From Sphaerodactylus townsendi (lineage: Eukaryota): a stretch of 64,000 nucleotides of DNA. The position numbers were made by a program, and so were the translations under genes. Shown here piece by piece: positions 1 to 12,099 of the stretch (position 1 is the first letter of the stretch; every line of letters starts with the position of its first letter). The DNA is taken from assembly GCF_021028975.2 (NCBI RefSeq), contig NC_059425.1, positions 22,506,001-22,570,000 on the forward strand. Reading direction: 5' to 3'. The notes beneath the pieces were generated by a model, which saw nothing but the letters and a program-made list of their open reading frames with translations, ran no database searches and was not told the origin of the DNA.

Positions 1-263
1 TTGAGTGCTGTGGCTGCCTCCTTGCCTGACTGGTTATAAGGAGGGATTCTTATGCCCTACTCTGGTTTTCCTCGAACACCAGTACTGAACAAGTTCCCCA
101 AGGCCTCGTTCCTTAGGTACAAACCAGAAGGCTGTGAATGTGCAGTGGGAGAAGACTGCAAAAAAGGCCATGGAAGACTGGACAGGGAACACCGATCCCA
201 AGCGTTCAAGAAACATGGACCAACTTGGGGAGAAAGGATCAAGTACCAAGGAAGCTTTCTCAC

Positions 264-3200
264 CTTTGGGATCCAGAAGGAGGTGGCAATTGTAGATTCG
301 GTGTGTGCTTTCCCAATCACTGCCTCTCTCATGGAAACCTCCGAGGGACAACCAGACCCCACAATCTCTGGCAGAGGGAATGAGAAACAGAAGAAACCGT
401 AGGGAAGAAATGATTGGAACATGTGCTGTCTCACTGCAGGCCTTAAAGTGTAAAAAGAGACTCAGTGGCCCATCAGGAATCTTCTTTGCACAGTGGGTTT
501 GCAAAGGGGTCTCCTCGCATTTCTCTGTTTTTTTCTTTTCTGTGACTTAAAGTAGCCGGCAACATGGAAGAGGAGGGGAGGGGGAGAGGGAAGGCTGGCC
601 GTGGGCAGAGGGAAAATCTCTGGGGCGAAGCTGTGCCCACTGGCAAATCTCCCCCTTCTGGCAGCAAAGTGAATTAAAAGTAGTGCTAAAAGTGGTATCA
701 CTTGCTGTGGAGAGAATAGAAAGTGAAAGCAGAGCTTGAGGAAACAGGCCTGTACAAGAAATCTTGCTGCGACAGTCACCTCCATTAATTATGCAGCAAG
801 CACACTGTGCGTAATTGGCCAATGGCTGGCACGAAAAGTACCTGAGCTGAGATTGATGTCAGTCAGCAGAGAAGAAAATACCAACTTAAATGAACCAAAG
901 GTATAACTTGAACCCACACTAAGTGTTACAAGATTGTATTTTCCCCCTTTCCTCCTGCAGCCCAAAAAGCCCCCTGAAATTCCTGGGGGATCCCCTGGAA
1001 GCTTTCCAGAGCCTTATGCTTGAGAAAAACTAGTCTGGATCCAAGTGTATATCTCCTGTTGAAGGACTCTCAGATGGGCACAGCTGGACAGCTGCCAGGG
1101 CACTCTGCCTACTTGATTACTGGCACAGAAGGCTCGAGCATCAATCCCTGACCAACTGGGGAGTGGAGAGCCTTGAAAGGTGCAAATGCTTTACTGTTTC
1201 CCCCGAGACTCTCCCTTGGTTGGAAATGGGGGATGCCTTTCCAAGGGCCCTGTGATACACCAGTTGAGCATGGGTCCTTTGTGTGACAGTGCAGGAAGGA
1301 GACTGTGAGCTGGCCATGGGGAAGCTGGGGAATGTGGTTCCTCTGACATCTTTCAGCCTCATCTGTGTCACGGGGGCTTCTGGGGAAATCTTCCCTTTTC
1401 AACTGAGAATGGCGCCCAAGGAAGCCACTGAACGCAACACCCTTCTTCAAGTCCCATCAGCCGGTGGCATAACAAGGGGAGTGCAGGGGGCTAGAACCCC
1501 AGATGCCACTTCCCAAAGTCATGTGGGGGGGGTTACATTGCAGGGCCACCCTGCCCTCATGGGAGTGCAGGGCAGGGGCAGAGCTAAACGCTGACCCCCC
1601 ACCCCCTACCCCTGAACGCCATGTTCAGTTTGGGAGTGGCGCAGGCCCATATGATGCTGGCCTCAGCTTATCTGGGTCCAGCTTTAAACTGTAGGCTTTG
1701 ATCTTGCAGTTTAAAACTTGACCCAAGCCTCACTAAGGCCAGCATCAAACTGAGCAGCTGGGCTGACTGGCTCCAGATTTATACTGTTGGCTCTGCCCCC
1801 AAGCTCCACCTGACAAGTGCAGAATTATTCCCAGGCAGAAGAGAGTCCATTGAGCTGGACAGACCTGTGGTCTGACTTGGGGCAAGGCAGTTAATGCCGT
1901 GCCTCCATAGTACTCTTAAAGACAGATAGGAATATCTACTCAATTCAAGTCACATGAAGCTGCCTTATTGCGAATCAGACCATCGGCCCATTAAGTTCTG
2001 TCTCGTCTGCTTTGACTGGCAGCAGCTCCCCAGGATCTCAGGCTGAGGTCTCTCGCATCAGCTATTATCCGATCCTGAACTGGAGATGCCGAGGATTGAA
2101 CCCAGGACCTTCTGCATGCTAAGCAAGGGCTCTGCCGCTGAGCCACAGCCCCTCCCCCAGATCTCAGATGTTCCCAGAGAAGTTTTGGGACTGTGTGCAC
2201 AAATGCACTTCTGGGCTCATGGAGCCTTTAGAATACAGAACCTGGATATCTCTGGAGCAGAGGTCAGCTTTCCCTGATTTCATTCCAATGCACAGACGCA
2301 GTTAGGATACTGGACGCTGCTCCGGAAGATCTAAGTTTGAATTCTCACACTGCCGTGAAACTGGGCAGCGGACCTTGGACTACTCATGCTCCCTGAGCCA
2401 AGCATACCTTGCAGAGTTGTTTGTAACTATGCCTTATGCTCCTTGGAGGAAGAGTAGATTAAAAAAAACGAACTGTATTTTACAAGTCTGGCCACAGAAA
2501 GAGCAGTCTGTTGCCAGGAGTGGCAGCTGCCCCTCCAACCATCAGCAGCAAGATACTGGGCAAAACTCTAAGCAGACTACCTTGCATGCCCTCATCCAGC
2601 CACTTTCTTTCCTTCCCACCACTTCTGCACTTATAGAACATGGCACAGATATGATCCTCCACAGCTCTTTTCTCAGTGGGGAACCCCATGAGCCCTACCT
2701 GGCTAGGCCAGCATAATGCTGGACATGATCACCTTCCAGGGGCTCAGCCAAGCTGAGGGTCTCTTCTGTGTTGCTGCCAATGAAGTCAAAGGCTTCAGGG
2801 AGGAAGACAATGCAGGCGCCCCGCTGGGCTGCCTCCCGGATGAGGCGTGAACAGCATTCCATGTTATGGTCTTTGTTGGGGATCGAGGTCGTCTGGCAGA
2901 CTGCAATGAGAGGCTTTAGGGGTCTGGCATCAGCAGACATGGCTTTGAATCCACAGGGGGCAGCAGAGAGTCTGAGAAAGTGAGAAGGTCACTGTCAGTG
3001 TTTTTTAACTAATAAATCATGTGGTTCAAAGGGCACTGCTCCAGAAAAAATGGTTAAATCAGATTTCTAAAAACTGATCTTCCATCTATTACAAGTGGAG
3101 CAATTTTCTGTTGTTGTGAGAAATACATTCCTAAGACCCCAACCCACACCCCTAATTGGTGGCTAAGATTTTGTATAATCTCAAAATAGCTATATTTCAA

Positions 3201-5317
3201 ACGTACAAACTTTTAATACAATACTATATTTATTTACAATAGTCAGCTGTGCTGTTTAAAAAAACCTCCTTTTCCAGAAAATAATGTCTAATCTGAAGTA
3301 CAAACTAGTTATGTGGTGTAGGTACACAGTGATCTTATTTACTTACAAACTAGTTATGTGGTGTAGGTACACAGTGATCTTATTTATTTACAAACTAGTT
3401 ATGTGGTATAGGTACACAGTGATCTTATTTAATTACTTCATTCACACCTCCTCTTTTTCCCTAATGGGGACCCCAACAGACTTCAAAGCATTCTCCTCTC
3501 CTCTATTTTATCTTTACATGTAACTTGCCCAGAGTCACCTAGCTAGTTTCCACAACAGAATGGGGATTTGAGCCTGAAGCCTCCCAAATCCTAGGCCCCT
3601 TCCACACATGCGGAATAATGCACTTTCAATCCACTTTCACAATTGTTTGCAAGTTGATCTTGCTATTCCGCACAGTAAAATCCAACTGCAAAGTGCATTG
3701 AAAGTACATGCGCGGAAGGGACCCTAATCTGACACTCACAAATCACTTTCAGTCTTACAGGAGCATTTTGCAGACAGAAGGGCTGGAAGCTGAGCTACTG
3801 ATCAGTCTTCATAGCTATTGCATCTCTAGGCCCAGAACTTATCAATGGCTAATTACTTGAGGCCTGGGGTTCGACTTTTAATCTGCCAAAATTGCTGCCA
3901 CCACCTGGGAAGGAAGAAGCCCTCGAGAAAGGTCTGCACAGGTTTCTGGATCGCTCTTCTCAGCCTAAAAAAGACAAGATGAGAAGTCTGATGATCTTTC
4001 AAGTCTTCTGGGACTAACAGCCTGAGGTCTCGAATGGATCCAAGACACTGCATGGGCAAACAGCAGGGCTGTGGAGTGGAAACTGGAGTGGAGTGGAGTG
4101 GAAACTGTTGCAAAGTGGAAAGTTTTACAGCACTTAATTTTTCTATGGAACATTTTCTAATTCTAAAGATCCACTCTTTCCTAAAACAAGCCCCAAGTAA
4201 CAGGTGCCGTGGCCAAGACAATACCGGCTGAGCGGTCTCATAGCCATAATTAATGTTTTCAAGTGATAATCCCTAGGAATGGTATGGAAGAGTATAGTAA
4301 ATAGGCATTTTACTGACTTAGGAACCAGGGAGGGGGAACCACAAATGCATAGCCTTGTTCAGTAAACCCAAGTTATAAATCAACTGAGTGGCTGTGCAGT
4401 TCAATTAAAGCCAAAGCTAAAATTCGTGTTTATCTGCAGTGTCATGAAACAAATGTAACGGAGAGTTAAACTGTTGGAACAGATCTATGGACAATGAAAT
4501 CTATGGCATATCATGCACCAATCTCTGGTTGTGCAATAAGAAGTTAATTAAACATTTGACCAAATATAGCAGACTAATTTTAAGTTGATAATTTTGTATG
4601 GCCCACGAATGACGTTATAAATATCCAAATGGCTCTTCGCAGAAAGAAGGTCCCCCACCCCTGATCTAGTCCCTCACCCATCCAGTGAGGGGACACAAGC
4701 AAATGTGACTTTGGTCGAATTCCCACTATCGTCTTAGCCAGGTTTCAGAACACAAACAAACCAGGTTTGAGGGACGACCTCCCCAGTCGAATCCCCACTA
4801 CCGTCTTAGCCAGGTTTCAGAACACAAACAACCTCAAACCTGGCTAGTTTGTGTTCTGAAACCTGGCTAAGACGGTAGTGGGAATTCGACCTTTGTTGAA
4901 GCCACCAGTTTCTCGAAGTATTCCAGGAAAGGGAAATGCTGGGAACGGAGTCAGAGTAATTTAGGGAGAAACATTACCGATTGCATCCCTGTGCATCAGA
5001 CTGCTGTGCCAAAGGGGGAAACAAATACATAATTTAAAGGGGGCAACTAAAGCAGTAGCCTATTCAGCATTCACTAACAAGGAATTCCACAGAACTCTGG
5101 TTCTCTTATCATTGCGCCCCCCCTCCCAAGACCCCACATTAGGCTTTGCTTTCTCCCATCGTCATGCTGAGTCTCTCCTGTCAACCAGAAATTTATCCTC
5201 AAACCTCCCCCTCCTGCGCTTCACCCCCCACCCCAAACGCTATCTTATTCAAACCGAGCAAAGCCCTCCCTATGCCCACAAGCCGACCCTGCTCTCGCCC
5301 CTCACCCCCTCATACAT
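264..5317 (-). CDS. NIT1: Deaminated glutathione amidase / nitrilase homolog 1, 5' part (4 coding exons; gene continues beyond left edge)
   Basis: Exons (minus): 5316-5317 (AT of split start codon, donor AT|GTATGA), 3857-3964, 2699-2971, 264-367; all GT-AG and frame-consistent. Translation MLRRAIQKPV...AMSADARPLKPLIAVCQTTSIPNKDHNMECCSRLIREAAQRGACIVFLPEAFDFIG...ARDCGVWLSLGGFHERGSDWESTHRIYNCHLLLDPKG matches NIT1 (FLPE catalytic Glu motif; WLSLGGFHE). Head-to-head with PFDN2 as in mammals. Exon 1 is the least certain element. Confidence 0.95.
1950..2158 (-). mobile_element. Second tRNA(Ala-like)-headed SINE family
   Basis: Head ggggctgtggctcagcggcagagc...tagcatgcagaaggtcctgggttcaatcc followed by a non-tRNA body ending aaggcagcttca; degraded relatives at about 13480-13670, 19770-19940, 35965-36345, 44810-44940 and 55935-56090. 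Confidence 0.7.
3299..3431. repeat. 45-bp minisatellite, 3 copies (NIT1 intron 2)
   Basis: Unit TACAAACTAGTTATGTGGTGTAGGTACACAGTGATCTTATTTACT. Confidence 0.95.
3594..3723. mobile_element. Harbinger/PIF-like MITE
   Basis: GGCCCCTTCC(A/G)CACATGC...GCGGAAGGG termini with an internal palindromic aatgcactttcaatccactttc motif; copies at about 7438-7581 and 44959-45109. Superfamily assignment is an inference. Confidence 0.65.
4713..4891. mobile_element. Hairpin MITE with a duplicated left arm (NIT1 intron 1)
   Basis: GGTCGAATTCCCACTA...TAGTGGGAATTCGACC termini, TTT on both flanks, left arm present twice (4713 and about 4786). Confidence 0.7.
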
Positions 5318-5339
5318 GAGTAGAAAAAGGACAGCGGTG

Positions 5340-6048
5340 ACCAGGATCAAGGGTCAGAGTAGGAAGGCCATCAATGCCTCTAACAAAGATGGCGCTTCCC
5401 AGTCACAAGCGCCCGTAACAAAGATGGCTGACAGCGCGCTATAGAATAAATGGGGAGTCAGGGAAATTGGCGAAGCAAGGCGACCGAAGCCCGGGACAAA
5501 GATGGCCGTCGGACGGACGACGCTATGCCCTCAACAAAAACGGTGACTTTAAATTTTAATGCGAGGGGAAATCGTCAGCGTCTACACCGGCTTCGTTGGT
5601 GTCTTTCTGATAATTTTATTTTACATATTTCGCCGCTCTAGGCAACAAACACAGTGTAATTCTTTGTTGGCCGCCCTTAACAAAGATGAGTTGATGGGAA
5701 CCTTGACAGGACGAAGTTTATGTGTGTATGTGGGGAGGGGGATTAGAACTTCGTAAATATATTTTTAATTAATAATGTCACTATTAACCGTCTAGCCTAG
5801 GGATATAAAATAACACAACTATATAAAATGTATGTTAAATCAACATATAAAAGAATATAATATTTATATAAATATCCATATAAAATATAAAAATTGATAG
5901 GCCGGAGGTAACGGTTAGGAAGTGATGGACGCAGAAAAAAGGCTTCCGGTCACGTGGGGTCTTTTAAGTCGCCGACCGCCGGAAGTTGGAGTGCAGTTAG
6001 GCTCGCGCTGTTTGTTTCTTCCTCTCTTGGCCTGGGGGGTGGGGGAAG
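5340..6048. promoter_or_regulatory. Bidirectional NIT1/PFDN2 promoter
   Basis: CpG-rich region between divergent first exons. Repeated ACAAAGATGGC YY1-type motifs (about 5382, 5417, 5495, degenerate 5679), ETS/GABP sites CTTCCGG 5943-5949 and CCGGAAGT 5979-5986, E-box CACGTG 5951-5956, central AT-rich spacer about 5755-5900. Confidence 0.8.
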
Positions 6049-9000
6049 ATGGCGGAGAGCGGCAAGAGCAAAAGCGGTCCGGCGGCTCCTTCGGGCGGAG
6101 GAGGTGGCTCTGCGGCCGGCGGGGCCTCCAAGCCTCTGACAGCCGAACAGGTGCTGGATAGGGGGGGCGAGGCAGAGTAAGAAGTCGAGCGGGGTGGCCG
6201 GCGTGGGGCAGTCATGAGGGACGGGGGCTTGAGCGGAATGCGGGGCTTGGCATAAGTCCTGCCTCGCTCCCTCCCTCTATGTGTCCTGTATCACCCAAGC
6301 TCTCCTATAGCTGTGAAATCAGGGGACGACGAGAGTGCCCTTGGCCATGTACAAAGTGCGGGGTCTAATGTGATCGCGATCGTTGTGTCTTTGACAGCAG
6401 GGCTGTACGAATGGTGTGGAAAGACTTGTTTGGGATCGCCATATGAGAAAAGGAGTGGGGCCGGAGTGTACGATGTCATGTAAACCTGAATCCATTTTGG
6501 ATTATTCTTGAAGGCATGAGGTTGCACTGAAGTGAAAATATCTTTGGATGTGTGCCAAGTTAACATTTCGTCTGCACGTTTTGCCAGTTATTTATTGCGG
6601 TAATTTGAATGCAAAAAAAGAGGGCCTCTGGGCATGGGCAAAGATTAGATTTTTTTCCCATGTAAGTCAAAATGACTTGTAAATAACAGTCACCGACTGA
6701 AGCTTTTTGAGGCTATGGAAAAGTAATGAGGTTCTCTGGCCTCTACAACCATCTTCAAATGTCAACTAAATTAGATCTAACTGTCCAGTGAAATTAAGTC
6801 CAGTAGCAAAACTGAGGCTACATAAAGTCTTAAGCAGATGAGGAAGACTGGGGTGAAAGCACCTTGAAGTAAATTTGAAAGGCTTTGGGTTTACGTTTGA
6901 GTTCCATGATTAGATCATAATGAAACAATAAGAGGAACTGGCCACCTTTCTGATTTTTTGGAATATTTTGATGCAGTTGAAGTGATCTGTTAACTGTTTG
7001 GTTGGCAAGAGCTGCAGCCACCCAGTGAGAATTCTGTTCCCTGGATGGAACATCCACATGAGGGCTTTGTGCTTTTCATAACCAGCTGCCATTTCCCCTG
7101 CATTTCCCCTGCCCCCGGCCATACTACTTAAAAAAAAATTAGTTATATTACAGCTGTCTGTTGCCACAAGCAGCTAGTTTCTCTGAATTCCCATTTTCAT
7201 TTAAAAAAAAGATTAAAGTAATTCAGAACAACTGTGACGCTAAGTCATCATAATGTTATTTCACTGTAGTGAAATAGTAACTGCCTGGTGCCCTTTGGTG
7301 GCACAGCAGGAAAAATGGTGGTCACAAGTGGAAGGAAAATGGCACTCATGTGTCCAGGAGTTTTGAAAATGCACAACTTCCCATTCACATTGCTTGGTAA
7401 TGTGTTTTGCGGAACATACCAGTCAAGTTTGAGCACTTTCACACACGCAGAATAATGCACTTTCAATTCACTTTCAATGCACTTTGCAGCTGGATTTTAC
7501 TGTGCGGAATAGCAAAATCCACTTACAACCAATTATGAAAGTGGATTGAAAGTGCATTATTCTGCATGTGTGGAAGTGCCCTTTGAGAGAGAAAGTGCTG
7601 AGGATGGGGAATGCTTGGAAAGAGGATGACATTGTGTGAACAGTCCAAAAACTGCAGCAGTTTACAGAGGTGGAAACAAATGTCTGTGTGGATACAGCCG
7701 GTGTTTGAAACAGTCAGATGCCCAGTGTTTCGACTCTGTGGGGACTCTGAAGGATCTGCGAGGGACCAGGGGGTGAATAGTTGTTCCAAGGACCCACTAA
7801 TCTTATTCTTTTTGACTGATGAGGACTCACACCAGTGTCAAGCAAGCCAGTCAGCAATATTAGTAAAATTAAGCCCAGCCCACAGAGATCGAGAAGTTTG
7901 GTGGTAGAAAGAGAACAACGAGAGGGATAGACAAGACCAATGTCAAAAAATGGCTCTAGCATGATTAAATCGAGTGGCTGATGAGGATGGAAGGGAGTGT
8001 TTCAATCCAGTGGCCTAAATCTGATAATTTTCTCCCTTCAGGTGGTGGCTGGATTTAACCGCTTGCGTCAGGAACAGCGGGGCCTGGCCTCCAAGGCAGC
8101 TGAGCTGGAGATGGAGCTGAATGAACACAAGTATGCATTGGGCAGGGATTTTAAATGTATAGTTGTGCTGTATGGTTCATTGTATCGTCGCAATCCTGTG
8201 AACACTGAACTTCTGGTGTATCAGAATGTGGTGGTAGTGAGGTGGTCGAGTGGGCAGTAGTATTGCAGTGGGAGAGGAGATGATGTGCGGGAGCAAGCCC
8301 CACCCTTCAGCACATTCAGAAGAAGGATTGTGTCCCAGATTCCTGCCTTGCTAGATTTCTCTTAGCAGGGAGACGTGTCATTTACAGACTTTCAAAAATA
8401 CAACTCCGCACCGATTGTCTAAGATTATATTCTCTATTCCACCTCCCTCAGGGCTTTGCTTCAATTTCATCCTGCTGCATGTTAGACTGGGTCCTGTGTA
8501 TCTCAGGGGATGCTGACTCTTGTACAAAACTGTTCAACAGTGGAATGCACTACCTCGGGGTGTGGTGAAGTCTCCTTCCTTGGAGGTTTTTAGAGAGGCT
8601 GGATGGCCATCTGATAGGAGTGCTTTGAAAGTGCGTTGCAGGGGTTTGGACTTGATGGCCCTTGGGGTCTCTTCCAACTCTATGATTCTGTGATTCTAAC
8701 ATAGATACGTGGTCAGAGGTCACCAAGAAAGGTCACTCTTCAAGTATCAACATGCTTAGAGGCCAGATTGACCTCTGCAAAGAACAGCACCTGTTCTCTT
8801 GCTGCTTTCACATGCCTCGCCTGGTTGTGTAGGTAGGGATCTCTTTGCAGCAGAAGGGGAAAGCCTTTCTTTTGCTGTTAGCTTTTGGACATCAGTCTCT
8901 AGGAGGAGGGAAGGTATAGACTTTTGCCAGTAATTCACATTTTTTTCATTTCACCATGTCTCTGGATAGTGATGTTTTTAATAGTTAGGTTTCAAGGCCA

Positions 9001-10283
9001 GTAGTACCTTACAGACCAAGAAGAGTTTCAGGGTATGTTTTCAAGAGTCAGATCTCCCTTTGTCACAAACAGTGGTGATGTTTTTAACATTTCTTAAAAA
9101 TCTTGTTTGAAATTTTATTTTGCAAAGGCAGGCCATAAATCCCAGAAATAAAAATGTGGATTAGGCCTCGGTTGCAGTAACTTCTCAAAACACTCCTAGT
9201 GACCCAAACAGTTGTCTCAGGTGCCACTTTCAGCCTTTACTGTGTAATACAAAAGCTGTGAGTGATGCCACCTTCTTTTGGCCTCAGGGCATTAAGAAAT
9301 GCTTTCCACTGAGCCTGGAGGGCTCCTGGCGGCCATGGCTTTTAGCCACGTGAGGGATGCCTTTATCACAGGCTGTTGCAGGATGCACTGACAGTCCACA
9401 TGTCTTCCTCCTCACAGATTGGTTATTGAAACTCTCCGGGAAGTTGACCCTACTCGGAAGTGCTACCGGATGGTGGGTGGAGTGTTAGTGGAACGCACTG
9501 TCAAGGAGGTTCTTCCCGCCTTAGAAAGCAACAAAGAGCAGGTAATCTCTCTGTTCCGAGTGGGCAGGTTTCAGACTTCCTGGATCTGCCTTGGGTTAAG
9601 AAGTTGTTAGTCTTGTTAGGTGGAAGTTGTTAGGCGGAAGAGGGCGGCGGCAATCCTAGGCAGCCTGGTGGGGCCAGGCCAAGGGGTGCCTGGCAGGCCT
9701 GCGGCAAGCTCCTTCAGCTGTTGGAGGAGGATGGTGGCGGTCCTGGCTGGCGAGGGGGGGTGTGCTGGGCGGGGTGCCTCTCCGCGGGAGATGTGTGGGG
9801 GTGATTTTGCACCCCCACGTTGGTGCCCTGGGTCAATTGACCCCCCATGTTCCTCTGGCAGATACGCCACTGTCTGCCCCCCATGGGATCATCAATAATC
9901 ACACAAGGCTTAGTGCTCAAATCTGGCAAAATTAAAGGCTGCCATGCTACCTGGGAGTGAAATGTATGAGGTGCCCCTGGTGTTTCTCGTAGGTGGAGGA
10001 CATGGGAAGCGGGGAGCCCCCCTCTGCCATTTCTTTAGAGAGCTTGTAGCCTGCCCATGTGCTCATCCTGACTCTTCTTCCTTGTTCTTCTTCGGCCCCA
10101 CAGATCAGCAAGATCATAGAGACGCTGAGCCAGCAGCTGCAAACGAAAGGCCGGGAGTTGAACGAATTCCGGGAAAAGCACAATATCCGCTTAATGGGCG
10201 AGGATGACCAGAAAGCTCCTTCCAAGGAAAACGCTGAGGGGGCAGGCACCAAAGCCAGCTCAGCTGGGGTCTTGGTCTCCTAG
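6049..10283 (+). CDS. PFDN2: Prefoldin subunit 2, complete, 164 aa
   Basis: Exons 6049-6150, 8042-8130, 9418-9541, 10104-10283 (102+89+124+180 = 495 nt), GT-AG. Translation MAESGKSKSG...TAEQVVAGFNRLRQEQRGLASKAAELEMELNEHKLVIETLREVDPTRKCYRMVGGVLVERTVKEVLPALESNKEQISKIIETL...SSAGVLVS* is typical PFDN2. Confidence 0.97.
8528..8698 (+). mobile_element. Older CR1 3' fragment in PFDN2 intron 2
   Basis: cagtggaat...tctccttccttggaggttttt...ggtctcttccaactctatgattctgtgattct, the classic CR1 (TTCTATGA)n end. Confidence 0.75.
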
Positions 10284-10414
10284 AGAGATGAGGGGCTTGC
10301 TCGCTAAGGACTTTCCACCTCCTGCCCCATAGTTGCAGTTCTTGATCTCAAAAGCTTAACTAATATTATTATTATTATTATTTTGGTGTTCTCTCTTTAC
10401 AATATTTTTGTTAA

Positions 10415-10420
10415 AATAAA
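10415..10420 (+). terminator. PFDN2 polyadenylation signal AATAAA
   Basis: AATAAA about 130 nt after the stop, followed by T/GT-rich sequence. Confidence 0.7.
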
Positions 10421-11994
10421 CAGGTTTTTTTGTGCATCACTTGTTTTGGACCCATGTGACAGTGGGCAGTGGTACCGGATCCCCTCCTCTCCTGGACCAT
10501 GCAGTGGTAGAGCAGAAGGCCTGTATTCATAAAAGTCCCAAGTTGAACCTATGGCAACTCTGGATTCAAAGGATGTCTGGTCTGAGAAACCTCTGTGGGA
10601 GGCAGGAAAAGGTGTGAACACCAAGCTAGGGGGATGATTGGCTTGTTCTCTGCAAGGAAGACTTTGTGTAGGTTGCCATTTTTTTCATGAGAACAGAATT
10701 GGAGCAACTTTGCTTTTCCGTGCTCTAAAGCTCAGCTATATTACCAAAAAATTGTTTCTAGGCTATATTATGGCAAAGGGAATTGCTGTATATGAATGAC
10801 AGAGTTTCTTGTGTCATTCAGTTCCTTGTCACTTGCCGTGACTAGTTATGCAGCATGGCTTTTAAAATCAAGGTGGAATCATGTGAAATAGTTTGATTGA
10901 GATTTAATCCTTGAGATTTAAATTTCTCCATGAAATTGAACAAAATAAGGGTTTTGACGATTGGTCGTTGGCCAAAGTTTGATAGACTTTTAAAAAAGGT
11001 GTCGCCAGTGAATTGGACAGTACATTTAGGGCCAAAATCCAGGTGTGTGTGGGGGTTTGTGTGAAACAGCTTGTGGGAGCCGCAGAAGCCTGTGCCAGCA
11101 CGTTTGCCCGCCACGCCAGCATAGAGGGCACCTATGCTGGCAGAGAGAGCAAAGACGCCTGCATGTGGGCGCTGCACAGCTCCGCAGCACCCAAACCCAG
11201 GAGTTATGCTGGTGTCCAAGAGCATGATAGCACAGCTGGGGGCATTCCCAAGCAGTGGAGCAGACTTTAGTCAACTTCTCTAGAAAATGGCTAAGTTTTT
11301 ATGCAATGGGGCTTTTTGGCACAGAAGGAGACCTGCGTTTTTTGCCTCCTTTCCCCGCTGCCCCAAACCCCTTTGAAGGCGGCGTGGTGCCACCTTCATC
11401 GTGCCGTCCCCAGCCGCCCTGGAACTCTCCCCTGTCATCTGGGTTGGGCTGTTAGTGTACATTTTTTAAAGGTGATCTTTACTAATGAAGCCTACTTTAG
11501 AGACATTCTCCCTTTTCTCTCAGGATGGAATGTTTCTTCTGTGACGTTTGCTATCAGATATGTTTCCTAGAAATAGGAAATGGTGCTCTTTTTTCATTCA
11601 GGTTGTTCACATACGGTTAATCGATTAAAGCCTGTTCATTTCTTTTAAAGGGGAAGTGTCCTGAGAATCAAACAAGCATATATAATACAGGTTGAAAAAT
11701 TCAGCTTCTTTCGTTGTGGAGCGTGTGTTAGCTGGGCACGCAGTTTTCTGTCATCTCCAAGCTCCACCATCGAGGCAGTTCATATGTGTCTCCTACTTGG
11801 ATTACTTCTAGATTTTATGAAGCGGCTGAGAGCCAGCCTTCATCTAGATGAAACTTTATTTCTAAATTTGAAATAGTTTTTCCCTCCAAGCTGGGGCATT
11901 TTTCTTCTAGAATCAGTCATCCAGTTGGATCAGCCCAGTTCCATGTGGAAAGACCAGAGAAGTTTGTTTGACCAACAAGCTGGGGGCAGGAACC

Positions 11995-12000
11995 TTTATT
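11995..12000 (-). terminator. Candidate KLHDC9 polyadenylation signal
   Basis: TTTATT on plus = AATAAA on minus, about 100 nt after the stop; a second copy at 11855-11860. Confidence 0.5.
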
Positions 12001-12099
12001 TCAAGTAAACAAAAGGGCAACCTTCCTGCTCTGAGATGGGAAACTCTTTGGCAGACTATACCGGAGGCTCGTTTGAACACCACAGGAAGCTCCTTGTCT

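Noticed and set aside
2085-2158. tRNA-Ala-like sequence (also SINE heads at 15541, 51320 and others)
   Set aside because: Runs straight into a SINE body, lacks a proper acceptor stem and terminator; SINE heads, not tRNA genes.
3299-3431. Regularly spaced repeats as a CRISPR array (also 54295-54393)
   Set aside because: Head-to-tail tandem units with no unique spacers, no cas genes, eukaryotic context.
10842-11570. Cluster of overlapping ORFs between the PFDN2 and KLHDC9 3' ends
   Set aside because: No recognisable domain or splice structure; ordinary GC-moderate intergenic or UTR sequence.
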